The position numbers and the translations under genes were made by a program. Below are positions 27,532 to 36,516 of a DNA stretch of 64,000 bases, piece after piece (position 1 is the stretch's first letter; each line of letters opens with the position of its first letter). The stretch is from Peptococcaceae bacterium. Lineage in GTDB: Bacteria; Bacillota; Peptococcia; DRI-13; UBA5745. The notes beneath the pieces are model-generated. The model searched no databases. It had not been told where the DNA came from and saw only the letters and a list, made by a program, of their open reading frames with translations. The stretch spans positions 23,032-87,031 of the forward strand of contig JAYFQF010000010.1 of NCBI GenBank assembly GCA_034927285.1, given 5' to 3'.

Positions 27532-28803
27532 CTATCTGAATTCAGCCCGATCGTTCAACTCATCCGGGGCTAAACGGTTCGCTTTGCGGAAGGATCTGGG
27601 GCTGGTTCCCATGATCCGTAAAAATTGCCGATTAAAGGCCTTAATCGTGTGATAGCCTACAGTCAACGCGATCTTGTTTACGCTCTCCTCAGTGGCTAAA
27701 AGCAGCGCGCAGGCCTTTTTTACCCGAAGGCTGTTTAAAAAGGCGGCGAAATTCGTTTCCACATGGTACATGAGGATCTGATTCATTTCATTTACCGTTA
27801 CGCCAAATTTGCCGGCCACGCTTCTGGCGTTTATCGGCTTGTTGTAATTTTGATAAATCTCGTTTACCAATTCCGCACCTATCCGGCTGTTGCGAACTTT
27901 ACAGATTTCATTGACCAGACCGTATGTTTTCCGATATTGGTTCACCTTATCTCCCATTCGGGCGGCAAAAACCTTGGAAAGGTGGGAGGAATCCACAAAG
28001 CCCAGAACCTCCGCGATTTGCTCCAGAGTAAGATCGGTATACAGCAAGTAGTTAATGGTAGTGACCACCCGCATTTCATTCAGCAAATCGCTGAGAGAAA
28101 GACCTACTGTCCGGCGAATATAATTACTGATGGCCGTCTCCGTACTGCCAAATAAAGAAGACAGCTTTTTCAGCGTGATTTTTTCACTTAAATGAGTAGC
28201 GATATATTGAAAAATTTCTGCTTCTGAGTGGCTTTCTTTCTCTGCAAGCGTGATCCGGTCGTTCCACAGCGACTGGACAAACGTCACCTGGAGCTCTATC
28301 ATCCTGGCCGCCACGCCGACGGCGCTCAACGGCCTGCTTTGCGTATTGACCAAAGTAGAATCAAGGCCGATCTCTTCCTCAATATCACGAAAAATCCTCT
28401 TAATCGTATCGATGGCTTTGCCTGTGCAATGAACTACCGGATGATCGCTCAGGACATGGTACATGTCCACAGGCTCATTTCTGATATTCATCTCCAGTTT
28501 TAAAATATCATTGATCGTACGGAAGCAATATCGGATCACCTGATATTGCAGCGTGCTTCGAACATCGAAAATCTCTACTATATCCCATGGCAGTATAGAA
28601 ACCAGAGCGTCCGGCCGCAGCTCGAATTCTTTCCCCCTTATGCGAATCAGGCCCTGGCCTTTCGTAATCAGCAGAAATCGCGCCCCCTGATAAAGAACCG
28701 GCTCTGTAGCGGTCGCTACGGACTCCCGGTCAAAGGCGAAAAGCTGCGCCTGATCTTGTTTGGAACAAGCGGATGATTGCATTTTAATTATGCTCTTGTC
28801 CAA
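27532..28803 (-). CDS. Paralogous AraC-family regulator with the same double DNA-binding-domain architecture
   Basis: 423 aa, collinear with 26217-27470. TTG start after GGAGG. Confidence 0.85.
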   Translation of the reverse strand: MDKSIIKMQSSACSKQDQAQLFAFDRESVATATEPVLYQGARFLLITKGQGLIRIRGKEFELRPDALVSILPWDIVEIFDVRSTLQYQVIRYCFRTINDILKLEMNIRNEPVDMYHVLSDHPVVHCTGKAIDTIKRIFRDIEEEIGLDSTLVNTQSRPLSAVGVAARMIELQVTFVQSLWNDRITLAEKESHSEAEIFQYIATHLSEKITLKKLSSLFGSTETAISNYIRRTVGLSLSDLLNEMRVVTTINYLLYTDLTLEQIAEVLGFVDSSHLSKVFAARMGDKVNQYRKTYGLVNEICKVRNSRIGAELVNEIYQNYNKPINARSVAGKFGVTVNEMNQILMYHVETNFAAFLNSLRVKKACALLLATEESVNKIALTVGYHTIKAFNRQFLRIMGTSPRSFRKANRLAPDELNDRAEFR

Positions 28804-29002
28804 TCGCTGCCTCCTTCTTAACGACCCATGATCTGCAAAACCCGGCCGTTTTCCAAACTTTTCTTTCTCTTTACCCCTCTGGATATTCCTGAAAATTCAA
28901 GTTATTTCTTCATAGTATATCTTAAATTTCTCCGTTTTTCTATACCCGTCTGCCCCGGCAAAAATAAGTAAATCTATCCAACGGGCCGGAAAACCCGGGC
29001 CG

Positions 29003-29049
29003 CAAAAAAACAGCGGTCACGGATGGTTCATCCGAAGCCGCTGTTTTCC
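29003..29049 (-). terminator. Terminator downstream of bceB
   Basis: AACAGCGG...CCGCTGTT stem with an inner CGGATG/CATCCG stem. T-runs follow on both strands. Confidence 0.6.
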
Positions 29050-29132
29050 TAATTCCTTATCTTACAAGGATATGCCTGATTCACTTCCCTTGCCCACCCA
29101 TTTATCCAGATTCTTTCCCCGGCGGGCCTTCC

Positions 29133-30929
29133 TCACCAGCGGACGATCCGGTAATACACCCGGGCCGTCATCCGGTAAACCAATAGATAGATCAGGGCAA
29201 ATACCCCGCAGACCCCGGCTGAGCAGGCATAGACCACAGGCGCGTTGTAAAGGCGGAAGGCCGCCAGCATCACCGGCAGCATCTTGCCGGCAAAGGCCAT
29301 ATGCAGGAAGGCCGCCCCCAAGGGCAGGAAGAAAACCCAGCGCACCTGGCAATTGATGGCGGCTTTCACCTGCTTTTCATCCATCCCTACCTTTTGCAGG
29401 ATGGCAAAGCGCTCCTTGTCCTCGTAGCCCTCGGCGATCTGCTTGAAGTAGATGATCAGCACGGTCACCACCAGAAAAAGGATGCCGAAGAAGGCGCCCA
29501 GGAAAAGCAGACCGCCATAAAGGCCGTAGCTTTGCTGCCTGGCGCTGAAAATTTCGTAGGAGGAAAAGCCCAGGGGCTCCCCCTCTCCCTTGGGGCTGTC
29601 CCTCCACTGCTTTGTCACCGCCGGAACAAACTCCAGGCAGGCTTCTTCCGGCCCGTCTAAATCCAGATATAAGCTGCCGTCAAGCATCAGGCTGTTGGCC
29701 AGCCGTTCCTTCTCATGGTACAGCACTTTATCCGTCAGGTCTTTGCCAAAACTCTCTCCTTTTTCATCCAGCTGCCGGATCAGGGCCTCCTGTTGTTTTC
29801 CCAGCTCCGAGTCCCGGGAAAGGGCTTTGCTTTCATCCACTTCAATGTCAAGTCCCAGATCACCGGCCACCTCTCCCAGATGGGCGTCCAGCCGCCGCAG
29901 CAGCTCCTCATCGGCGTCGCCGGAAAAGGCAATCCGCACATCATAGGGGTGGCCGCTGCGTAAGGTCTCCTCCTGACATAAATACAGGGAAAGGGTGCCG
30001 GAAACGGTGACGATCAGCATGGTGGACAGGATACAGATGGTGGCCAACCCCGCGGCGTTTTGCTTCATGCGGTGAAACATGCCGGAGATAGCCACAAAAT
30101 TGCTCTGCTTATAGTAAATCCGCTTATTTTTCCGCAGAAGCCGCAGCACCGCGATGCTGCCGGCGGTAAAAAGAGCATAAGTGGCCAGGATCACCAAAAT
30201 AACCAGGGGAAAGAAGATCCCTACCGCCAGACCGGGATGGTCGATGACTGCGGCCATGTAGTAGGAAAAGCCCAGGGCCGCCGTACCGAAAAGGGTCAGG
30301 GGAATCACCAGACGGCTCTCTTTTTCACCCCGTTTCTCGCTTTGCAAAAGGACGATGGGGTTGGCCAGCCGGACCTGGGCCAGATTGTACAGGGAAGTGG
30401 CCGCAAAAATCAGCGCAAACAAAATTCCGGTGCTCACATAGGCCAGGGGAGAAATGATAAAGCAGGAGTCCGGAGCGCCGTGGATAAAGTTCATCAGCAG
30501 CATAAACAGCAGCTTGCCAAAGACCAGCATCACCAAAATCCCGGCGGCCAGACCCAGGCCTAAAAGCAGCAGGTTTTCCCAGAGCAAAACCCGGCTGACA
30601 TGGCCCTTGGACAACCCCAGCACGCCGTACAGGCCAAACTCCCGACGGCGGCGCTTGATCAGAAAATTATTGATGTAGATCATGAACCCGAAAGAAAAAA
30701 TCGAATACATGACCAGGCCCAGGGCAAAAACCGCCCGGGCGGTCTCTCCCGAAGGAACATTGGTCAGCCCTTGGGAAAAGACCAGGCCCGTGACCAGAAA
30801 ATACACGCCGCCGATAATGGCCGTGGCCGTCAGATAAGGCAGGTAGATTTCCTTTGCCCGCCGGATATTGTTCCAGGCCAGCTTGAAATAAAAGCCCCGG
30901 GCAAAACCCCGGAAGGACCCCTTAGCCAA
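29133..30929 (-). CDS. BceB-type FtsX-domain ABC transporter permease
   Basis: About 598 aa. Ten predicted TM segments with a large extracellular loop between TM7 and TM8. Starts FKLAWNNIRRAKEIYLPYLTA. TTG 30929 overlaps the bceA stop; the N-terminal extension in the track ORF overlaps bceA and is rejected. Confidence 0.85.
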   Translation of the reverse strand: MAKGSFRGFARGFYFKLAWNNIRRAKEIYLPYLTATAIIGGVYFLVTGLVFSQGLTNVPSGETARAVFALGLVMYSIFSFGFMIYINNFLIKRRRREFGLYGVLGLSKGHVSRVLLWENLLLLGLGLAAGILVMLVFGKLLFMLLMNFIHGAPDSCFIISPLAYVSTGILFALIFAATSLYNLAQVRLANPIVLLQSEKRGEKESRLVIPLTLFGTAALGFSYYMAAVIDHPGLAVGIFFPLVILVILATYALFTAGSIAVLRLLRKNKRIYYKQSNFVAISGMFHRMKQNAAGLATICILSTMLIVTVSGTLSLYLCQEETLRSGHPYDVRIAFSGDADEELLRRLDAHLGEVAGDLGLDIEVDESKALSRDSELGKQQEALIRQLDEKGESFGKDLTDKVLYHEKERLANSLMLDGSLYLDLDGPEEACLEFVPAVTKQWRDSPKGEGEPLGFSSYEIFSARQQSYGLYGGLLFLGAFFGILFLVVTVLIIYFKQIAEGYEDKERFAILQKVGMDEKQVKAAINCQVRWVFFLPLGAAFLHMAFAGKMLPVMLAAFRLYNAPVVYACSAGVCGVFALIYLLVYRMTARVYYRIVRW

Positions 30930-31689
30930 GATCCGCACCCCCGTCCGACAGCACAGACAAGTTGGCCACGATCCGGTCGAAAAATCCCCGGTTATCCTCC
31001 TGCCCGCGGTAAAGCTGCGCAAAAATGGAGCCGTCCCGGATAAACAGTACCCGGCCGGCGTGGCTGGCGGCCATAGCGCTGTGGGTCACCATCAGGATGG
31101 TGCGGCCCTGGCGGTTCAGCTCATTGAAGGTCCCCAAGAGCTGGGCCGAGGCCCGGGAATCCAGGGAACCGGTGGGTTCGTCCGCTAAAATCAGCTTGGG
31201 CTGGGTGATCACGGCCCGGGCCACCGCCGCCCGCTGCTTTTCGCCGCCGGAGACCTCATAGGGATACTTGTTCAGCAAGCTCTCGATGCTCAGCATCTTC
31301 GCCACCGGCAAAAGGCGGCTTTCCATCTCCTTTACCGGCGTTTGCGACAGCACCAGCGGCAAAAGGATGTTATCCTTCAGGGAGAAGGTGTCCAAAAGAT
31401 TGAAGTCCTGAAAAACAAAGCCCAGGTTATCCCGGCGGAAAGCCGATAGCTCCCGGTCGTTGATGGAGCGGAAGCTTTTGCCCGCCAAAAAGACGTCGCC
31501 GGCCGTGGGCTTGTCCAAAGAGGCCAAAATGTTCAGCAGGGTAGTTTTACCCGAGCCGGAAGCCCCCATGATGGCCACAAATTCCCCTTCTTCCACGGCA
31601 AAGCTGACGTCGTTTAAGGCTACGCATTGCTGGAGTCCCAGCTTGGTATGGTAGACCTTCTTCAAATTTTCGATCCTTAAGAGTTCCAT
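30922..31689 (-). CDS. BceA-type ABC transporter ATP-binding protein
   Basis: MELLRIENLKKVY...GASGSGKTTLLN...LSGGEKQR...LILADEPTGSLD. GGAGGTG SD precedes ATG 31689. Confidence 0.9.
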   Translation of the reverse strand: MELLRIENLKKVYHTKLGLQQCVALNDVSFAVEEGEFVAIMGASGSGKTTLLNILASLDKPTAGDVFLAGKSFRSINDRELSAFRRDNLGFVFQDFNLLDTFSLKDNILLPLVLSQTPVKEMESRLLPVAKMLSIESLLNKYPYEVSGGEKQRAAVARAVITQPKLILADEPTGSLDSRASAQLLGTFNELNRQGRTILMVTHSAMAASHAGRVLFIRDGSIFAQLYRGQEDNRGFFDRIVANLSVLSDGGADLG

Positions 31690-31799
31690 TTCTCTGCACC
31701 TCCAAAAACGCCGGCAATAAAGCCGGCCTCTGACTCTCAGCATACCGGATGCACGGCCCGGGAGCCATCGGGTCAGCTTACAAATCCCCGGCGGGCGCC

Positions 31800-31813
31800 T
31801 TACAATTTTGTCA
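31800..31813 (-). promoter_or_regulatory. BceR-type response-regulator binding site upstream of bceA
   Basis: Minus strand TGACA-AAAT-TGTAA fits the TNACA-N4-TGTAA motif I recall for BceR-like regulators. A further TTTGTAAG half-site lies 21 nt downstream. Confidence 0.5.
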
Positions 31814-31871
31814 TTTTGGCCGGCCCGGGGCGGCGCTGCCCGAAAAGCCCAATCTCATCTTTTCAAACCGC

Positions 31872-31908
31872 AATAAAAAGACCGTTTTCCCGGGAAGGGG
31901 CACGGTCT
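31872..31908 (-). terminator. Terminator candidate after the histidine kinase gene
   Basis: Minus strand AGACCGT...ACGGTCT stem followed by TTTTTATT. Confidence 0.45.
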
Positions 31909-33035
31909 CATTGAAAGATGAATTCATCTCCGGCGGGAAAAACCATCGTCACGGCAGTCCCCCGGCCCAGGCTGGATTCCGCAAACAACCGGATGGATAA
32001 CGCAACCGCCGCCTGACGGGCCAGAAAAAGTCCGATGCCGCTGGCTCTTTGATCGACCCGGCCGTTGAACCCGGTATAGCCCTTTTCAAAAATCCGGGGC
32101 AGATCCTCGGGGCGGATGCCGATGCCGCTGTCGGCGATCACCAAGGCCCGGCCGGACATATAAATGCGCACGCCGCCGGTTTTCGTGTATTTCACCGCGT
32201 TGGACAAGATCTGCTCGATAATGAAGGCCAGCCATTTTTTATCGCTTTTCACATCAGAGGCCAAAGGGCCGATCTCCACCCCCAGCTTCCGATAGACAAA
32301 CAACAGGCCGTATTTCTTTACGCATTGACGGACTACCTGGTTTAAGTCACAGGTTTCGATCACCAAATCGGCGGCAATGTCCTTCATTTTGACATATTGC
32401 AAAGCCAGTTCGGCATAGCGCTGGATCTTGAACAGCTCCTGGCGGATCAGGGCGGCCCGGGCCGGCCGGCCCAAAGCGGCGGAGTCAACAAGCAGCTCCC
32501 CCGCCGCTGCTTCGCCGGCCTCAAGGTCAGTCTGCGCTTCCCGGACGTTGACGGCAGCCTCTGTTTCGCCGGCTTCAAGGTCAGCCTCTGCTTCCCGGGC
32601 CAGCTCCTCCTGTAAAAGCAGGTCGATGGCCGCGATAGGCGTCTTGATCTGATGCACCCAAAGAGTATAATAGCTCAGATTATTTCCCTGGGCCGCCTTA
32701 AGCTCTTCCTTTGTCCCGGCAAATTCGCCGGCCAGGTCCAAAAGCAGGTTCCCGTAGTCCCTTTCCAGGGCGTCCTCCGGCCGGGGCAGGCATTCCGCCG
32801 CTTGCTGCACCTGCTGCCTGAGGCGGTTCAGCAGCCTCCTTTTTCTCAAAAAAGCCAGGCCGTCGAAAATGAGGATAAGCCCCAGCAGAAAGCCGATCAG
32901 AAACACCGCGTACCAGGCAAACTCCATCCTTTGGCGGCTTAAGCTCTGAACCGCCAGAAAAATTCCGGTACTCAAGGCGTAAAACCCCAGCAACAGCCGC
33001 CGGTAATGCAGATAGGCAAGGATTTCTTTAATCAT
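31908..33035 (-). CDS. BceS-type intramembrane-sensing histidine kinase with repeat insertion
   Basis: Two N-terminal TM helices with almost no extracellular loop. H-box WVHQIKTPI; ATPase motifs NAVKYT, DSGIGI, GIGL. Confidence 0.85.
   Translation of the reverse strand: MIKEILAYLHYRRLLLGFYALSTGIFLAVQSLSRQRMEFAWYAVFLIGFLLGLILIFDGLAFLRKRRLLNRLRQQVQQAAECLPRPEDALERDYGNLLLDLAGEFAGTKEELKAAQGNNLSYYTLWVHQIKTPIAAIDLLLQEELAREAEADLEAGETEAAVNVREAQTDLEAGEAAAGELLVDSAALGRPARAALIRQELFKIQRYAELALQYVKMKDIAADLVIETCDLNQVVRQCVKKYGLLFVYRKLGVEIGPLASDVKSDKKWLAFIIEQILSNAVKYTKTGGVRIYMSGRALVIADSGIGIRPEDLPRIFEKGYTGFNGRVDQRASGIGLFLARQAAVALSIRLFAESSLGRGTAVTMVFPAGDEFIFQ
32511..32598 (-). repeat. 54-bp tandem duplication inside the kinase gene
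   Basis: TTCGCCGGC(C/T)TCAAGGTCAG(T/C)CT(G/C)(C/T)GCTTCCCGG occurs at 32511 and 32565. It encodes EA(E/Q)(A/T)DLEAGE(T/A) twice. Confidence 0.8.
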
Positions 33036-33732
33036 GGATGCTGTATCCCTGCCCTTTGTGGGTATTGATCCTGCCGCCCAGACCGGCGCTTTCCAGGGTG
33101 CGGCGCAGACGGTTGATATTGACCGTCAGGGTATTTTCATCCACAAATTCGTCGCTGTCCCAAAGCCGCAGCATCAGTTCCTCCCTGGCCACCACCATGC
33201 CCTTGCGTTCCATAAGCATCTGAAGGATGCCTAATTCATTTTTGGTCAGGGGGACCCTGACGCCGTCTTTACGCAGGCAGGAGGCCGGCGTATCCAACAG
33301 GGCTCCGCCTATCTTCAGGGCATTAGCCGCCCCACCGCCTCCCGGCGCCGGTGTTCCGGCGGCGTCATAGTCATAGCTGCGGCGCAAAAGGGCCTGGATC
33401 TTTGCCGCCAGCACCGACATATCCACCGGCTTGGCCAGATAATCGTCGGCGCCCATGCTTACCGCCGTCACAATATCCATCGCTTCACTGCGGGAAGAAA
33501 GAAAAATCACCGGGGTCTTGCCCCGTTTGCGGATCTCCCCGCACCAATAATAGCCGTTAAAGTAAGGCAGCGAAACATCCAGCAGCACCAGGTGGGGCTG
33601 CCAGGCGTCAAAAAGGGCCAGGGGATTCTGAAAGTCCCCGGCAGCCCTGACCTGGAAGCCCCAGCGGGACAAAGCGTTGGCCACGGCGGCGGCGATGACG
33701 GGATCATCCTCCACAATAAAAATACGGTACAT
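33028..33732 (-). CDS. BceR-type OmpR-family response regulator
   Basis: MYRIFIVEDDPVIA...LLDVSLPYFNG...; winged helix ending GQGYSI. GAAGGAGG SD precedes ATG 33732. Gly/Ala-rich insertion in the linker. Confidence 0.9.
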   Translation of the reverse strand: MYRIFIVEDDPVIAAAVANALSRWGFQVRAAGDFQNPLALFDAWQPHLVLLDVSLPYFNGYYWCGEIRKRGKTPVIFLSSRSEAMDIVTAVSMGADDYLAKPVDMSVLAAKIQALLRRSYDYDAAGTPAPGGGGAANALKIGGALLDTPASCLRKDGVRVPLTKNELGILQMLMERKGMVVAREELMLRLWDSDEFVDENTLTVNINRLRRTLESAGLGGRINTHKGQGYSIHD

Positions 33733-33866
33733 GGGGACCTCCTTCAAAACTGGTTAAGCTTATTTTATCATGCCGGGCCTTTGCAGTTATAACAAAGGGC
33801 GTTCAGCTTTCCTAAAATTTTGTTAAACCCGCCGGAAAAGAGGAAAACCCTGTGGCAGAGGGTTTA

Positions 33867-33895
33867 TTGACAGCGTGCCTTTCATCCATTATACT
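33867..33895 (+). promoter_or_regulatory. Strong sigma-A type promoter with no obvious gene directly downstream
   Basis: TTGACA (33867-33872), 17 nt, TATACT (33890-33895). Confidence 0.55.
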
Positions 33896-34099
33896 GGGTT
33901 TATCTGTTTTGGTAAGGAGGCGTTTTGGTGTCGGCAATCTGTTAGTGTATTTTGGCCAGAAAAAGCGGTAATTACCTGCCGCAGGTGTTTTATGCCCAAA
34001 ATGCCTTATGGATCAGCCGTTTGCCAGACGCAGAGCAAGCCTTCTTCCCGGCAGCCTTTCCGGCCGCCCTGGGAGGACCGGGTATCGCGAAGTTATTTC

Positions 34100-34126
34100 A
34101 GGCACGGTTTGACCGTGCCTTTTTTC
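34100..34126 (+). terminator. Rho-independent terminator about 200 nt after the 33867 promoter and 55 nt before the methyltransferase gene
   Basis: AGGCACGG-TTTGA-CCGTGCCT followed by TTTTTT. Confidence 0.7.
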
Positions 34127-34180
34127 GTTACCTGAAGGGTTTCATAAGGCATCCTTTGCTAATCGCAAGAAAGGATGATC

Positions 34181-34960
34181 ATGATGAACAAGCTGAAAAA
34201 CAACACGATTGACGCTCAAAATAACCCTCTGTTTCCCGAAAGCTTTATCCGGGAAAACCTGATGGGGCCCAGCTGCCTGCGGATTGTGGAGGAGCTTACC
34301 GCCGATCTGGCCCTTACGGCCGGCAGCCGGGTCCTGGACCTGGGCTGCGGCACCGGCCTGACCTCCATGTACCTTGCCCGGCAATTTGACGTGCAGGTTT
34401 TTGCCACGGATCTGTGGATCGCCGCCGGAGACAATTGGCGCCGGTTTCAGGACCGGGGCTTTGAAAAACAAATCGTTCCCATCCACGCCGAGGCCACGCA
34501 GCTGCCTTATGCGGAGAAATATTTTGATGCGGTGATTTCCGTAGACTCTTTTCACTATTTCGGCCCCTGGGAAGGTTATCTGGAAAACTCCCTGGCCCCT
34601 TTAGTGCGCAGCGGCGGCATCATCGCCGTGGCCGTGCCCGGATTGCAGCGGGATTTCCCCGGACTTGCGCCGGGCTATATTACCGACAAGGATTGCGGCG
34701 ATTTAGCCGGCGTGCCGCCGGAGCTCCGGCCCTTTTGGGTGCCGGGAATGAATTTCTTTTCCTGCCGGTGGTGGGAGGAGCTTTGGCGCCGCTGCCCGGC
34801 GGTAAAGCTGGAGCGCTGCTGGTCCCTGGACTGCCACCAGGCGGCCTGGCGGGACTGGCTGGCCTGTGAACATCCCTACGCCGTGTCCGACCGGGAAATG
34901 ATGAAGGCCGAAGCCGGCAAATATTTTAATACCGCAGGCCTGATCGCCCGGGTGAAGTAA
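34181..34960 (+). CDS. Class I SAM-dependent methyltransferase
   Basis: VLDLGCGTGLTSMYLA (motif I) and DAVISVDSFHYF. Start is ATG 34181 or 34184 after AAAGGA. Confidence 0.8.
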   Translation: MMNKLKNNTIDAQNNPLFPESFIRENLMGPSCLRIVEELTADLALTAGSRVLDLGCGTGLTSMYLARQFDVQVFATDLWIAAGDNWRRFQDRGFEKQIVPIHAEATQLPYAEKYFDAVISVDSFHYFGPWEGYLENSLAPLVRSGGIIAVAVPGLQRDFPGLAPGYITDKDCGDLAGVPPELRPFWVPGMNFFSCRWWEELWRRCPAVKLERCWSLDCHQAAWRDWLACEHPYAVSDREMMKAEAGKYFNTAGLIARVK

Positions 34961-35171
34961 CTTAAGGGTTCCCGGAAAAAAACCGGCCTTTGCCGAAGTC
35001 GTGATGAACAAAATCTAAACCGATCCGATTGACGAGTCTTTTGCGGGCGCAAAGCGGACGCAAAGGCAAGGGCCGGGTTTTCCCGGGGACCGGCGGCAAA
35101 AAAGCTCGATGAAAAAACCGGTTTTATGGTTCCGAAAGCTGCCGCGGGATAATCAACAGAAAGGATTTCTC

Positions 35172-36398
35172 ATGAATAATTGTCCAATAAACGAAAACAG
35201 CCGCCAGGATCCCTCCTGGCGGAAAAAAATCGCACTCTTTTTAATCAGTCAGAATATCTCCCTTTTCGGCTCCTCCCTGGTCAGCTTTTCGATCATTTGG
35301 TATATTACCTTGCAAACCTCTTCCGGTAAATGGGTAATGCTGACCACCATCTGCGCCCTTTTGCCCCAGGTCCTGATCTCCCCCTGGGCCGGAGTCTGGG
35401 CCGACCGCCATAACCGAAAGGTGCTGATCATGCTGGCGGACGGTTTCATCGCGCTGGCCACGCTGGGCCTGGCCCTGGCCTTTCGGGCCGGCTTTCAGAA
35501 CCTGGGCCTTTTAATGGTGGTTTCCGCCATCCGCTCTCTGGGCGCCGGGATCCAAACTCCGGCGGTAAACGCTCTTTATCCCCAGATCGTCCCCATGGAA
35601 AAGCTCACCAAGGTTCAAGGGATTAACCAGACCTTAAATTCCGTGCTGCTGCTTTTGTCCCCGGCGGCAGGCGGCGTGATTTTAGGCAGCCTCGGCATTT
35701 TCTGGTCCTTCATGGCGGACGTGATCACCGCCTCCCTGGCCATCTGCATTACCAGCTTCATCCAGGTATCCGGCGTCCCCCAAAAGGGCGAACCTCAGTC
35801 GGTGTTAAAGGAATTGAAGCAGGGGCTGTCTTATACTTTTTCCCATCCTTTACTGCGCCGGGTGCTGACCTGCTTTGCCGTCTCCTTTTTTCTGATCACG
35901 CCGGCGGCGATGCTGTCCCCCCTTTATATCGAAAGAACTTTCGGCAGCGACGTCTGGCGGCTGACGGCAAACGAAATGCTGTGGACTTTGGGCACACTGA
36001 TCGGCGGCGTCTATGTTTCCCTGCGGGGAGAGTTTCAGGATAAGATCCGGGCAAGCGCCCATTGCCTGGTAGCTTTCGGTCTGTGCTTCGGCCTTTTGGG
36101 CGTGGCGCCAAACTTCCCCAGCTTCCTGCTGTTTATCGCCGCCGCCGGCTTTTTTATGCCGATTCTGGCCACCAGCCAGACCGTACTTTTACAGGAAAAT
36201 GTGGATCCGGCCATGATGGGCCGGGTATTTTCCCTGCTCCAGATCGCTACCGGCACGGCTATGCCCGTGGCGATCCTCTTTTTCGGCCCTTTAGCGGACC
36301 TGATCTCCATCGCCACGATCTTGCTGTTTTGCGGCGCGCTGCTGACCGTTGTAGGCCTGGTTTACCGCAATGCCGGCAAAGGGCTGACTTACCGGTGA
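35172..36398 (+). CDS. MFS transporter (drug/siderophore-exporter-like)
   Basis: About 408 aa, 12 predicted TM. WAGVWADRHNRK loop motif typical of MFS exporters. Confidence 0.8.
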   Translation: MNNCPINENSRQDPSWRKKIALFLISQNISLFGSSLVSFSIIWYITLQTSSGKWVMLTTICALLPQVLISPWAGVWADRHNRKVLIMLADGFIALATLGLALAFRAGFQNLGLLMVVSAIRSLGAGIQTPAVNALYPQIVPMEKLTKVQGINQTLNSVLLLLSPAAGGVILGSLGIFWSFMADVITASLAICITSFIQVSGVPQKGEPQSVLKELKQGLSYTFSHPLLRRVLTCFAVSFFLITPAAMLSPLYIERTFGSDVWRLTANEMLWTLGTLIGGVYVSLRGEFQDKIRASAHCLVAFGLCFGLLGVAPNFPSFLLFIAAAGFFMPILATSQTVLLQENVDPAMMGRVFSLLQIATGTAMPVAILFFGPLADLISIATILLFCGALLTVVGLVYRNAGKGLTYR

Positions 36399-36516
36399 GA
36401 ATAACCAAAAAGGGGTTGGCGCTCTTAGGTTTTCTCAACCAATTTGCGGCAGCCCCTTTGATTTGCGTTTCGCCTCTGTACCGCTAAAAATAATTCTGTT
36501 CAGAATAAGCGCCTAT

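Noticed and set aside
33900-34100. Match of the orphan leader to known riboswitch classes (ZTP-like CCGCCCUGGG; TPP-like GGAUCAG...UGCCAGACG).
   Set aside because: Each resemblance covers only a few nucleotides and the other conserved blocks of those classes are absent.
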